64,000 nt of DNA from an uncultured Verrucomicrobiae bacterium (GTDB lineage Bacteria; Verrucomicrobiota; Verrucomicrobiia; Limisphaerales; J093): NCBI GenBank assembly GCA_963846445.1, contig CAWJWM010000027.1, forward strand, positions 250,302 through 314,301, in the 5' to 3' direction. Every line of letters starts with the position of its first letter. Position 1 is the stretch's first letter. The notes below the pieces were generated by a model. The model made no database searches, was not told the origin of the DNA, and worked only from the letters and a program-made list of their open reading frames with translations. A program made the translations under genes and the position numbers. Shown here in pieces: positions 20,089-30,607 of this stretch.

Positions 20089-21172
20089 ACGATCCTGGAA
20101 ACGTCGACTCGACTCGCTTTGGTGCTGGGCCTGGCCGGTTGGGCGGCGGGGCCGCCGGCTTGGGCGCAGGAAGCCCCGGTCCTGGAGATCGCTCTGTATC
20201 CCGGAATCCGGGTGACCGGCGAGGTCGGGGCGACGTACGTGATCGAGAGCACGACCGACGTGGAGGGGGATTTCTGGCTGACGCGGGGGTGGATCGAGCT
20301 GACGACGCCGACGGCGATGTGGATGGACCCGGTGCCGACGGACTCGCCGCGACAGGGTTTACCGGGCGGTGAAGGTGACCAAGCCGGTGGTGCAGACGAT
20401 CCCGAACATGGTGTGGATTCCGCCGGGGAGGTTCGTGATGGGGAGCCCGGAGGGCGAGCGAGGGCGGTGCGGACTGGGAAGGTCCGCAGACGCGGGTGAC
20501 GTTGACGAAGGGGTTCTGGATGGGGAAGTACGAGGTGACGCGGCGGGAGTACCTGGCGGTGATGGGGAACAACCCGTCGTCGTATCGACCCCGGAGAACC
20601 CGGGCGACCTGGATCGGCCGGTGGAGCTGTGTAAGCTGGGATGATGCGGTGGCGTACTGCGCGAAGCTGACCGAGCAAGAGCGGGCGGCGGGGCGGTTGC
20701 CGACCGGGCATGTGTATCGGCTGCCGACGGAGGCGGAGTGGGAGTATGCGTGTCGGGCGGGGACGACGACGCGGTATTCGCTTTGGGGACGCGCTGGGGT
20801 GCGATGACGGATGTGAGTACTGTGCTCTGTTGGATTCGTACATGTGGTGGTGTGGGAACTCGGAGGGCAACTGCACCGAGTGGGGCAGAAGCTGCCGAAT
20901 CCGTGGGGTTTGTACGACATGCACGGGAACGTGTGGGAGTGGTGCCAGGACTGGTGGTCTGGGACATCCTATCCCGGGCGGGATGGTCGTTGACCCCCAG
21001 GGGCCGACCACGGGCTCGGACCGTGTGATCCGCGGCGGCTGCGACTGGGACGACTGGCTCGGCTGGGACGGCAGCGCCAGGCACTGCCGGTCAGCGTACC
21101 GCGACAGCTACGACCCGGGCTGCGGGTACGACTACCTCGGTTTCCGGGTCCGTGCTGGCCCCAGGTCAGTGA
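20081..21172 (+). CDS. Formylglycine-generating-enzyme (FGE-sulfatase/SUMF1) domain secreted protein; frameshifted
   Basis: [61 protein letters not shown]...GFRV..APGQ. Confidence 0.88.
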
Positions 21173-21339
21173 GCCAGGCGGTCAAGCGGAGCTGTCCGGA
21201 GCAGGCTGGCGGAGCGAGGGACGACGCGGAGCCGAGCCTGCGGAGGGGCAGCGTAGCGGGGTGTTGACAGGCGCGTGCGACGGTCTGAGGCAAAAGGAAA
21301 GCCCCGCGCAGCGGTCGCGATTTCGTGCGAGTGCAGCCT

Positions 21340-21730
21340 CTACGCCCCCGGCACCTCCCACACGTACCCGCCGGCGTGGCGCTTGATGTGGCCGGTGGTG
21401 ACGTTGAGGATCAGGTACCCGGTCGGGATCGTGCCGCTCGACGGATCGGCCGTGACGGCCGCGGGCCTGATCTGGATCCACGTCCCCGGCGTCCCCGCCG
21501 CCGTGCAGCGCAACTCCCCCGCCTGACCCGCATGCTCTATAGACTCTTGACCACCACGAAGCCGCACACTCAGAAAGAGGGATGGATGCGGGCCAGCCCG
21601 GATCGCAGACTGCACGAAGCTCTGCGAAGGATCCGGGCTTGGGCGTCGCGCCCGAACTCATCGAGGAACATGCGTCCCGCTGGCCGGCGGGCCGATGACG
21701 GTCGTGGGCGAGCCGTTCTGGTAGGTGCCT
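21340..21730 (-). pseudogene. Phage tail-fibre-like gene relic 3, interrupted by a ~120-bp double-hairpin insertion (~21522-21642)
   Basis: TYQNGSPTTVIGPPASGTH...[insert]...CTAAGTPGTWIQIRPAAVTADPSSGTIPTGYLILNVTTGHIKRHAGGYVWEV. Confidence 0.7.
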
Positions 21731-22042
21731 TCACGCTTGGCGGTTTCGGCGGCTGGGCCATCGTTGATCGCCCGGACCTGCGCCCGCGTTGACGGATCCT
21801 CACATCACCGTAGATGCGGTAGGCTCAGAATGACCCCGTCGCACAGCGCATGTTGCTGCGCGATATGGGAAACTCCCGCCGGCGAGATCGCTTCGATGCA
21901 GTATCTATCCAGCTCATCGCCAAACTTCTTGTCTTCCAATTGAATGAGCCGCTCTTTGCTCAGCTCTTGAATGACTTCGAGAGGAAATCCGCACTGGCGC
22001 AGCGTTGGCCGCACGCCGAAATACAGCAGATCGCGCAGGCGA
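21356..22042. repeat. ~690-bp direct repeat S copy 1
   Basis: Matches 36446-37130; the 21733-22042 portion is almost identical. Confidence 0.9.
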
Positions 22043-22074
22043 ATGAGAGCTACCCGTTTGTCCTTGTCGTTCAT
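21805..22074 (-). CDS. Small hypothetical protein
   Basis: MNDKDKRVALIRLRDLLYFGVRPTLRQCGF...; its 3' part is duplicated at 36893-37130. Confidence 0.55.
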   Translation of the reverse strand: MNDKDKRVALIRLRDLLYFGVRPTLRQCGFPLEVIQELSKERLIQLEDKKFGDELDRYCIEAISPAGVSHIAQQHALCDGVILSLPHLR

Positions 22075-22188
22075 GGGTTCGGCAGACCGAGTCCTACCCA
22101 CCGGACTCGGCCCACATCCTTCTGATACGTAGCCGGCGAAGGACTTTGCCACAGTATCCGCCTGCCGCTCACAGACGTCAACATGGTC

Positions 22189-22347
22189 TCACGTCTTTGC
22201 CGCCGTGCCTTTGGTCGAGGGCTGATCGGGAGCGCTTATGGGCTGCAGCCCCTCTTTACCAGGCTTACGTTGGCGCTTCGCTTCCTGCTTCTTCTGTTTC
22301 GCTAGCTCCCTGCTGCGCTTTTCATACTGGTAGTTTGGCGTTGTCAT
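22189..22347 (-). CDS. Small basic protein (PNYQYEKRxRELAK type)
   Basis: MTTPNYQYEKRSRELAKQKKQEAKRQRK, with an AGGAAGG RBS-like sequence upstream. Confidence 0.65.
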   Translation of the reverse strand: MTTPNYQYEKRSRELAKQKKQEAKRQRKPGKEGLQPISAPDQPSTKGTAAKT

Positions 22348-23325
22348 CGTCGTTCCTTCCTGTTGGTCTGCTCGATCACTTCGGCACGGCATCGCGGGGG
22401 CGTCTCGCCACCGGGGCCGGGTTCAGGCTGGACCGATGTGCTGGCAGATTCGAGCTTTTACTCCTTCAGCACTCACCGTTCTCTCGACAGCCTTGCTGCA
22501 CGGTTCTCAGAGACACTGTCAGAAGGTCATCGCCACGCCGAGCACCCGCGCTCCAGATCACCAAGGCGCCGATTTCATCGCGCAGGCGAATAGGGGCGAC
22601 CAACCCGTCTTTGCCCGCCCGTCCCTGGTCCTTTGTCATTCCGTCGCTGGCCGGTCCAGTCCGCTCAGGTCGGTCCCCGCCCGGAACCGGCCCGAAGGGA
22701 TGAGGGTCACGGACGGGCGTTGGACTGATACTGGCCGACCTCTCATCTGCGAAAACACTTGTGGCGAGGTGTTTTGAGGTGTCCGCTGGCAGCCCGGCTG
22801 TCCTCACCTTCCCGAACGAGCAGAACTCGGGAAACGGCCTGCCACGGCCCTCGGTTCAGCCAGGTGGGCCATCCTGGAAGGGATCGGGCTTGCTGGCTGA
22901 ATTCAAAAGCCGTGGGGACATGGTGTTGATCGAGCGCTCGCCGCGACCGACCCGTACTCGCTCTCACGACCCTGGCCCTCGCTCTGCTCGCCTAACCGAC
23001 GATCGCGGAAGGATCGTCAGTCACCGCCTGAAGAGCCGCAGGTATAAACCGGCGGGTGAAGCCGTTCGAGTCAATCCCCGCATCCACGTCATGCTTCGGG
23101 GGCAGGGTAATAGCTCAAGGCTGCCGCAGGCCATAGTGGTTTTGGGGATTGCCTGGTTCGCCTGGTCGTCCCTCTCGCTTACCTGCATCAGGGTTTCACC
23201 AATCGGAAGAACTCCGCCGCGTTGGCCACTGGAAGCGTGATAGTCGTCGCTGTCTCCGATCCAGGAACGTCTTGCCAGAGAGGGTTGATGACCGAACTGG
23301 TCCGTTGGAGTTTTGACCCCAGGGC

Positions 23326-23406
23326 CGAGTCAAGCCACTCAAGCCGCACGCCCGTTTGTGTCAGCGTAACGCGGACGACCGTTGGCTCAATTCGTTATGG
23401 TTAGGC
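23326..23406 (-). other. Degenerate attC-like site downstream of the methyltransferase cassette
   Basis: Minus strand: GCCTAAC 12 bp after the stop, then CGAATTGAGCCAACG (also present at 31768-31782), then a weak complementary box GTGGCTTGACTCG. Confidence 0.5.
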
Positions 23407-23418
23407 GGCATGCGGTGC

Positions 23419-24051
23419 TTATTCATGTCGTTGCCTGAAGAAATAGCGCCCGACGCGTCTGGAGTAATCTCGATAAGCATCACCGTAAAGTCCCGTGAGA
23501 AACCGCTCCTCTCGATCCATGATTGCATGTAGCAGCGGCACCCAAACCAAGGCGAGCACCAAGAAGGCATAGCCGACCGATCAGCAAGAACGTCCCCATG
23601 AACCAGAGGTCGAAGGCAACGTATATGGGATGCCGTGTCCAGCGGTAGACGCCTCCAGTGACCAGAGGTCCAGGCGCACTCCGGTCGAAACCCAGCCGCC
23701 ACGACGCCCCGAGGTCGCGGAGCGCGAGGACGTAGAGTATCACTGCCCCGGTAACGATCAGGGCTCCCAACGCCTGGCTGGCTAGCCCATCAACCACCGA
23801 ACCGTGTCCAGAACCGATGGTCCAATGTGAAAACGAAGCTGCCACGCATACGCAATGATCTCGTAGGCGAAGGCCAGCAGACACGCAACCATCACCGTAT
23901 CGGCCAGCATCTGCCAGCCGGTCCGCTGCCGATCGCCCACGAAGACCGACACTCCGCGCGCCCGCAACATGAGAGCACGCATCAGGCCGAGACCCATCAA
24001 ACACGTAAGCGCGCCGAAGGCAAACCACTCAGAGAATCGTGACGTTGTCAT
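23419..24051 (-). CDS. Isoprenylcysteine carboxyl methyltransferase/PEMT family membrane protein; frameshifted
   Basis: LGASWRLG..LVTGGVYRWTRHPIY...EERFL..LYGDAYRDYSRRVGRYF; preceded by GTTCGGC just before the ATG. Confidence 0.8.
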
Positions 24052-24140
24052 AGCGCGCGCGCTCGAGCCGAACTCTGATTGTATGACGAGCGGTTTATGT
24101 ATTGAAATCCAGCGAAAAAGGGGTCAGTCCCGAATGGCAG

Positions 24141-24488
24141 TTAGTTAAGCCCTAACGTTTTCTTGGAGAGTCGTTTGCGTCGGGTGGTGCTGGGCAGGTT
24201 CTTCCACATGTAGGCGACGGTCTGCCGCTGCATTTCCAGGAGGATATCCCAGACCTGGCGCTGGTTGGCGATCGCCTCCTTGAGCCAGGCAAACTGCTCG
24301 GCGCTCAGGGCCACGGTCACCGTCTTGCGGCCCACCCGCCGCGACCACTGGTAGCGGGGGCCACCCTGGCCGGGCCGGCTCCGTTCCAAGACGCTGCCCA
24401 GCGCGATCCAGCCCACCTGGCTGAGTTGGTCGCGGAGCCGGCGATAGGCCGCCGGCAGTTCGGGCGGCGGAGCGGATTTCACTTTCAT
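24141..24488 (-). CDS. IS-associated small protein (DUF6788-like)
   Basis: GWIALGSV..GPRYQWSRRVGRKTVTVALSAEQ..LKEAIANQR; stop lies in the left TIR. Confidence 0.6.
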   Translation of the reverse strand: MKVKSAPPPELPAAYRRLRDQLSQVGWIALGSVLERSRPGQGGPRYQWSRRVGRKTVTVALSAEQFAWLKEAIANQRQVWDILLEMQRQTVAYMWKNLPSTTRRKRLSKKTLGLN

Positions 24489-24538
24489 GCAGAAAAGTAT
24501 AGACACCGTGTCAATAGGACAGTATAAGCGCTGTCCAC

Positions 24539-26007
24539 ATGACGACCCCAGACCTCCCCGCCTTCGCCCCCCTCTTCGCCCAGCAACTCCAACAGCTCCG
24601 CACCGCCACCCAGGCCGCCCTCCACCAGTTCCAGGCCCTCTTCGAACCCTGGATCGCCCCACTACCGCCTGGCCCAGCAAGACGAGGGTCCCCACTCCCG
24701 CAACCGCTGCTGGAACCTCCGCCTGGTCTTCTGGACCTTCCTGTGGCAAATCGCCCAGGCCGGCGCCTCCTGCCGCGAGGCCATCGACCAAGCCCGCAAC
24801 CTCTGCCACCTCCAGAAACGTCCCCAGCCCCCCGACAAGACCAGCCCCTACTGCCAAGCCCGCGGCCAACTCCCCCTCGAACGTCTGGATGACATCCACC
24901 AAGCCGTCGTCACCGAAGCCGAGGCCGCCAGCGCCTCCCGCGACCTCTGGTGCGGCCTGCGCGTCTCTCGTCGTCGATGGCACCACCCTCACCGCCCCCG
25001 ACACCCCAGAGAACCAAGCACGCCTTTCCCCAACAGAAAGGGCAACGTCCGGGTTGTGGCTTCCCGATCCTGCGCTTGGTCGCTTTCTTCGCCCTGGCCA
25101 CGGGGATGATCACCGGCTGGATTCACGGGGCCTATGGCCAGAGCGAACTGGCTCTGCTCCAGCACCTTTGGGAAGAACTGCGCCCGGGCGAACTGCTTGC
25201 TGGGGGACCGCGGCTTCTGCACCTGGGGCCTGCTGGCCCAGTGCCAGGCCCGTCAGGTCCACGCCGTCTTCCGCGTCCGCGGTTCCCGCCGCCGCGACTT
25301 CCGCCGCGGCAAACGCCTGAGCCGCGACGAACGCGAAGTCCGCTGGGCCAAACCCACCCAGCGCCCCAGGACCGTCACCGCCGAGGAATGGGCCACGTCT
25401 GCCCGACGTCCTCTGTCTGCGCTTGGTCCGCTGCCGCGTCAACGTCCGGGGCTTTCGCACCCGCCAAGTCATCCTGGTCACCACCTTGCTCGACCGCGAC
25501 GCTTACCCCCTACACGCTCTCTCCGAACTCTATCTGCGCCGCTGGGAGATGGAACTGACCCTGCGTCACCTCAAGGTCACCCTCCAGATGGACCACCTGA
25601 GCTGCAAGACCCCGGAGAACCTCGAACGCGAAATCCGCCTGCACCTCCTCATGCACAATCTGGTCCGCCGCGTCATGCTCGAAGCCGCCCGTCGTCACCG
25701 CGCCCCCTTGAACCGTCTGAGCTTCGCCGGCGCACTGGCCGCCTGTCGCCGCTGTGGCGAAGCCCTGCTCCAGGCCCGTTCCCAGCGCCAGCGTCAGGAA
25801 CTGCTCGACGAACTGTTCCGCGGCATTGCCGCCGACTTACTCCCCGATCGTCCCGGTCGCCGCGAACCCCGCGCGGTCAAACGCCGCCCCAAACCCTACC
25901 CGCGACTGACCTGTCACCGCAGTAAGTTCAAGGAAATCCAACATCAAAACCGCTACTACAAGAACAGTCCCTACGCCGGGAAATACCGCAAATCTTCGAG
26001 GGCTTAA
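24539..26007 (+). CDS. IS4-family DDE transposase (frameshifted)
   Basis: VVDGT, LGDRGFC, YLRRWEMELTLRHLK (YREK motif), RPGRREPRAVKRRPKPYP. Confidence 0.9.
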
Positions 26008-26045
26008 CTAACTGCCATTCGGGACTGACCCCTTTACTGACCCCT

Positions 26046-26300
26046 TTACAGCCGCGATCCGGCGCGTTGCCACGCGATGACCGTTTCGGGTTGGAAGATC
26101 ATCAGCGCGCTGCGCCATTTGGGCCACGCTCGTTTCAGGACCATCCAGAAGACGCGGTCCTGGCCTTTGAGTCGAGGCTTGTGGCCCTGGCGCTGGAGCA
26201 CGGTGTGCTGGTGCCGCAACGCGATGTTCTCCAAGCCAAGCTCATGGCGGGCTCGGAGCCAAGACAGAAGGGAGCGCAGAAACAGCGACGCAATAGCGAA
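26046..26300 (-). pseudogene. N-terminal fragment of an integrase-core (rve) type transposase
   Basis: ELGLENIALRHQ..VLQR..DRVFW..WRSALMIFQPETVIAWQRAG; cut exactly at the TAAAGGGGTCAG repeat. Confidence 0.7.
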
Positions 26301-26380
26301 CACGCCCGAGCAGCTTGGCGACAAGTCACCCGGAATCAACGACATCCTTGCCGACGGAGTTTCTGCCACCCACAGGATCC

Positions 26381-28087
26381 TTATCTGAGTTTGAACCAGA
26401 GAACGCGATCAGGGATGATGTTGTTATAGGAAGGGCCGGAACGGGTGGCGGGATTAAGATAGGCGCGATAGCCCACAAAGGCCGGGTAGTCGAACGGGAT
26501 CCAATCCGCCAGCTGGTAAGGCGAGGGGAGCGGGTCGGGCGGGTTCGGCAAGGGGACGCAGAAGTCGGGTAGCCGCACGCGGTAGAATGCGCGCGCCGAG
26601 TCGAAGGAAACGACGCAGCTCGGGGCCGCGGTGCCGTGGACCGCCGACCAAGGTCCGCTCACGTCATCCGCGGCTTCGAGTGTTCCGTAGCTCCAGCCCA
26701 GCACGAGCCCGTCACCGCTTCGCTGGGCGACGAGCGTACTGCGCACGACCATCACGGCGTAGAGCAGGTTGGTGGCGACGGGGTCGTCGGGCAGGTATTG
26801 CGCGGCGCTGCCGGCGTACGAGCGGTTGTTGAGGCCCACGACGCCGTTCCAGATCGGGTCGCCGCAGCCGAACGTGTAGAAATCCGGGTCGCCGAACTGT
26901 GCGGTGCAGGAGGACAGCTTCCAGTCGCCGTAAACCGCGAAGTTGGCGTAGGTGGCGAGACCCGAAGCGGCGTGGTTGACGCCGTAAACGATGATGGCAT
27001 CGTTGGTGCCGAGGTTGAAATTGGTCGCCAGGCCGGCTTCGGTTGCGGTCCGCAGGTAAGTGGTGTCGGAACTCTCGCCGGCAGCGAACTGGCGATAGGC
27101 CGGCGACGCGGGCTTGTCCGCCAGCACGTCGCGGGAGTTGACGAACCAGCGGGTCGAGTTGAAGGACTTCACCGCCACATGGGGCGTGCGGCTCACGATC
27201 GCCTGCTTCAACTGGTCCAGCGTGTTCGTGACGTCCCATCCGGGGGCGCGCTGCGCGATCAATTCCCACTCGTTGGTCGATTCCAAGTCCCGCCAAGCGG
27301 GCGTTGGCAGGGCATTCAGTTCCCGAGCTGTCCTGGGTGTCACCCGGTACACGGCAGCGTAGTTTGCATTACTCAGGTAGGCCCGACCGGCCGCGGCGTC
27401 AGTAAAGTTCGCCGTGCGCAGAACCCCGACGAACGTGTCGGGGCGTGTGCCCGGTTCCACGCCCAGGTAGAGCTCGCTGGCCGGGAGGGTATAGAGGTTG
27501 AGCATCGAGGCCGGGTAACCTGCCCGTTGCGCGGCATTCGTGACCGCCGCGTAGGTCGTCTGGTCGGCGGTGAAGATCACCATGGTGTTGACGCCAAACG
27601 GCTGGCTTGGCCCGGCCTCGGTCTGGATCCGCGCGTTGTTCAGCGGGTCCCGGATCGACGCGAACAACCAATCGCCCCTTGGCACGATCGAGTTCGTGTT
27701 CCGGACAAACAGGAACAGGGTGAAACTGAAATAGTCACAGGGTGGCGGCGTCGGACCGAGGTACAGCACCGCCTCGTCGGGTCGCAGCCGGAACATGTCC
27801 AGGGCGTGGTCCACGGGGTTGTCAGGCGGCCCCCAGGGATGCATGGGCACCTCCAACCGTTTATAGGGCTGCGTGGCCTGGTTGCCGGCCGCCGAGTCGA
27901 TCCACTTCTCGTTCACCATTTGGATCAGATCGGTGGCCTCGGTCTTGCCGCTCGTGCTGACGATAAACTCATTAGTGAGCGCCGCGCAGAAGGCTGACCG
28001 GCGGGCATCATCAGGTTGCGCATGAGTTGCGATGGCCCACAAGACGACGCCGGCGCTGGCGAAGGAGCGGATCTTGAGCTTAATCAT
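26381..28087 (-). CDS. Secreted hypothetical protein with an internally inserted FYRV module
   Basis: Intact 568-aa ORF with signal peptide; module STLVAQRSGDGLVLGW..TLEAADDVSGPW..AFYRVR lies ~60 aa before the C-terminus. Confidence 0.75.
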   Translation of the reverse strand: MIKLKIRSFASAGVVLWAIATHAQPDDARRSAFCAALTNEFIVSTSGKTEATDLIQMVNEKWIDSAAGNQATQPYKRLEVPMHPWGPPDNPVDHALDMFRLRPDEAVLYLGPTPPPCDYFSFTLFLFVRNTNSIVPRGDWLFASIRDPLNNARIQTEAGPSQPFGVNTMVIFTADQTTYAAVTNAAQRAGYPASMLNLYTLPASELYLGVEPGTRPDTFVGVLRTANFTDAAAGRAYLSNANYAAVYRVTPRTARELNALPTPAWRDLESTNEWELIAQRAPGWDVTNTLDQLKQAIVSRTPHVAVKSFNSTRWFVNSRDVLADKPASPAYRQFAAGESSDTTYLRTATEAGLATNFNLGTNDAIIVYGVNHAASGLATYANFAVYGDWKLSSCTAQFGDPDFYTFGCGDPIWNGVVGLNNRSYAGSAAQYLPDDPVATNLLYAVMVVRSTLVAQRSGDGLVLGWSYGTLEAADDVSGPWSAVHGTAAPSCVVSFDSARAFYRVRLPDFCVPLPNPPDPLPSPYQLADWIPFDYPAFVGYRAYLNPATRSGPSYNNIIPDRVLWFKLR

Positions 28088-28427
28088 AGAGTGTCACTTT
28101 CACCTGCCGTCAAGGACTTGGCTGCGGCACCCTTGTAACGGAAAAGCCAGTGTGACCGCAAGCGTCAGGCGAATCCTCCGGTGACGAGGAACGCCCGTGG
28201 CGGATAGTGCCCGGCAAGTTCTGCAAGAACGGAACGGGTCAGGGCAGGGGACCCGGGGGGTGAGAATGAACCCTGGCAAACGAAAGGCCCGAACGCTGAC
28301 CCGAAAGGAACGAGAACGCAGCGGCAAGAAGGTAAGGATGGATGTGGCGGACGAAAAGGGGTCAGTCCCGGAAAACAGGAATATTCGGCTTGACGCTGGT
28401 TCTTTGACGAGGTCGCTGCTGTTGGTC

Positions 28428-29610
28428 ATGGCGCGAAAGGTGCGAGTCGAATATCCGGGCGCGGTTTATCAGGTGATGAGCCGGGGCAATCAGGGCCACG
28501 CCATTTTCCTAGCGAGGCGCGCCTCAGACCAAATCCCAGTCCTCATAGGCATGAAAAGTCCCCGTGTTTTCCAGCCCCTCTCTCCCGCGCCTTGCTCCTT
28601 AGAATCCTTGACCCCTTTAACGCAGCACAAACACTTGACTTGTCTACAACACATTTGACCGGTCAAGGATTCTAGCGGACCGTGACGGCAAGCTCTTCCT
28701 GGATACCTTGGGTGAAGGTTGCGAGAAGACGGGCTGGATCCTTCACGCCTATGTCCTGATGGCCAATCACTATCACCTCTTGGTGGAGACCCCGGAAGGG
28801 AACCTGGCGGCGGGGATGAAATGGTTCCAGGGGACGTATACGCAGCGGTACAACAGGCGGCATCGGATCTTCGGCCATTTGTTTCAGGGGCGGTACAAGG
28901 CGCTGATCGTGGACGGGAGCGCGGACGAGTATTTCCAGGTGGTGAGCACGTACATTCACCTGAACCCGGCGCGGGCGGGTTTGATCCGCATCGGGAAGGA
29001 CGCGTTGAGCGTGTATCGGTGGAGCAGTTACCCCAGCTACTTGTCTCGACCGTCGTGTCGGCCCCCCTGGCTGCGAGTGGCTCGGGTGCTCGGCAGTGTG
29101 GGCATTGGGGCGGACGACAGGATCGGGCGCCAGGGGTACGAAGCGTATGTCGAGGGGCGAGTGCTCGAGTTGGGGAAGCAACAGAGCCGAGAAGCGCTGA
29201 ATCAGGAATGGAGGCGGGTCCGGCGTGGGTGGTACCTGGGGCAAGGGCGATTTCGACGGCGGTTGGAGGACTTGCTGGAGAAGGCGCTGGCGGGCAAAGC
29301 GCGGGGGTCGCATTCGGGCGAGGCGCGGCGGGCACACGATGGAGCGGCGGCGGAAAGGTTGTTGGGGCTGGGGTTGGAGGTCGTGGGGTTGAAGGAAGGG
29401 GACTTGGCCGGGATAGCCAAAGGGGCGAAGGAGAAGCAAGTCCTGGCGTGGTGGTTGCGGAAGCGCACGGTGGTGTCGCGGGGGTGGGTGAGTCGGCGTT
29501 TGGAGATGGGGGACGAATCGCGGGTGACCCAGGCGGTGGCGGCGGTGAGGCGCACGCGTGATCGCGAGGTGTTGGCGTGGCGCGGGCGATTGGAGCGGCT
29601 GAATTCGTGA
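28428..29610 (+). pseudogene. REP-associated tyrosine transposase (RAYT), interrupted by a 163-bp hairpin element
   Basis: MARKVRVEYPGAVYQVMSRGN, HAYVLMANHYHLLVETP (HUH), GHLFQGRYKA, YIHLNPARAG, YRWSSY. Removing 163 bp restores a 339-aa ORF. Confidence 0.88.
28509..28677. repeat. A+B hairpin element inserted in the RAYT gene
   Basis: Inverted copy of 465-626, with CTAGCG at both junctions (28509 and 28672). Confidence 0.9.
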
Positions 29611-29747
29611 ATGTGCCTCTGCACTCGATTCCAGTAAGCACCGCCGGTGATGCTGCGTTCGCTCGTGGGAATACCACAGTCCGTGCATCGCGAACGCAGC
29701 CGGAGGCAACTGAATACTGACGTTCCTGAATTCCGGGACTGACCCCT

Positions 29748-30527
29748 TTACGTCGTGGTTCCCCACTCGAACCACCCTATCGTACTCATCCCATTGAGCG
29801 CGATGCGGCCATACAACAATGCTGACGTCGATTCGACCTGTCCGCCAGATATGGTTGTGACAAATGGGCGTGCCGCTAATGTCCGAGTAACTTGGTCATC
29901 GCCCCGGCTCAGGCCGTGGGCGTTTTCGGCTATCAAACGGAAGTGGTACTCGGTGTACGGCAGGAGACCCGGCAAGACGCTACTGTGAGGTATAGCCACC
30001 GTCGAGTCCCCCATATTGACCTTGGCCGTCACATTCCCGTAGTAGACGCCCCCACCCCACTCGAACCAGGCTTGTGTTGTGGCACCCCAGGCAGTCACCT
30101 CGCCGCGCAGCTCCGCAGAGGTGCTTGTGATTTTTGGGGCGGACATCGTACTGCCTGTCGGTCCGAACGGCACGCCGGACGTGTCAAACCGCGGCACGCC
30201 AACGAGCTCACCGGTGTGGTGATTCCCATCAAGGCGGTAGAGGCTGGGTTGGTTGCAGTCCCAGTACTCCACCAAGCCCGGCTCCGTGTGACTCACGGGT
30301 CGACGCATCGTCGATCGAATCTCGTTCAGCCCACGCTCGCGGGACCACAATCGGATTTCATCCAGCCCACCAACCATCCCGTAGCCCACCGACCCCGAAG
30401 ACACACAAGCACCAATGAACAGTCCATCGGGGGAGTTGTGCATGGCAGGCTCGCGCCAACCACCGATGCCACCGTCTTCGACACCGTTCAGGTACCCTCG
30501 CTGCATGGCCACGCTGTTCAACAACAT
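29748..30527 (-). pseudogene. LamG-like/fibronectin-III repeat protein fragment, truncated at both ends
   Basis: YLNG..LFIGA..GGLDEIRLWS (LamG); TSAELRGEV..WFEWG..LLPYTEYHFRLIAEN; the stop codon is supplied by the RAYT inverted repeat. Confidence 0.7.
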
Positions 30528-30607
30528 CTGCGGCTTCCAGCGTGAGTTGGCTGAAACACTCGACTCCCGCCCCGTGTTTGGGCACTCTGCGGCTCACGTT
30601 GAACAAA

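Larger units (their letters stand above)
24132..26020. mobile_element. IS4-family insertion sequence with a divergent passenger ORF
   Basis: Ends GAATGGCAGTTAGTTAAGCCCT / AGGGCTTAACTAACTGCCATTC; both internal ORFs stop within these ends. Confidence 0.88.
28355..29749. mobile_element. RAYT/HUH (Y1) transposase unit bounded by 27-bp imperfect inverted repeats
   Basis: AAAGGGGTCAGTCCCGGAAaaCAGGAA on the left and TTCCTGaaTTCCGGGACTGACCCCTTT on the right. Confidence 0.75.

Noticed and set aside
22400-23320. Overlapping short ORFs and a GCCTAAC near 22991
   Set aside because: No protein motif and no complementary attC arm could be supported.
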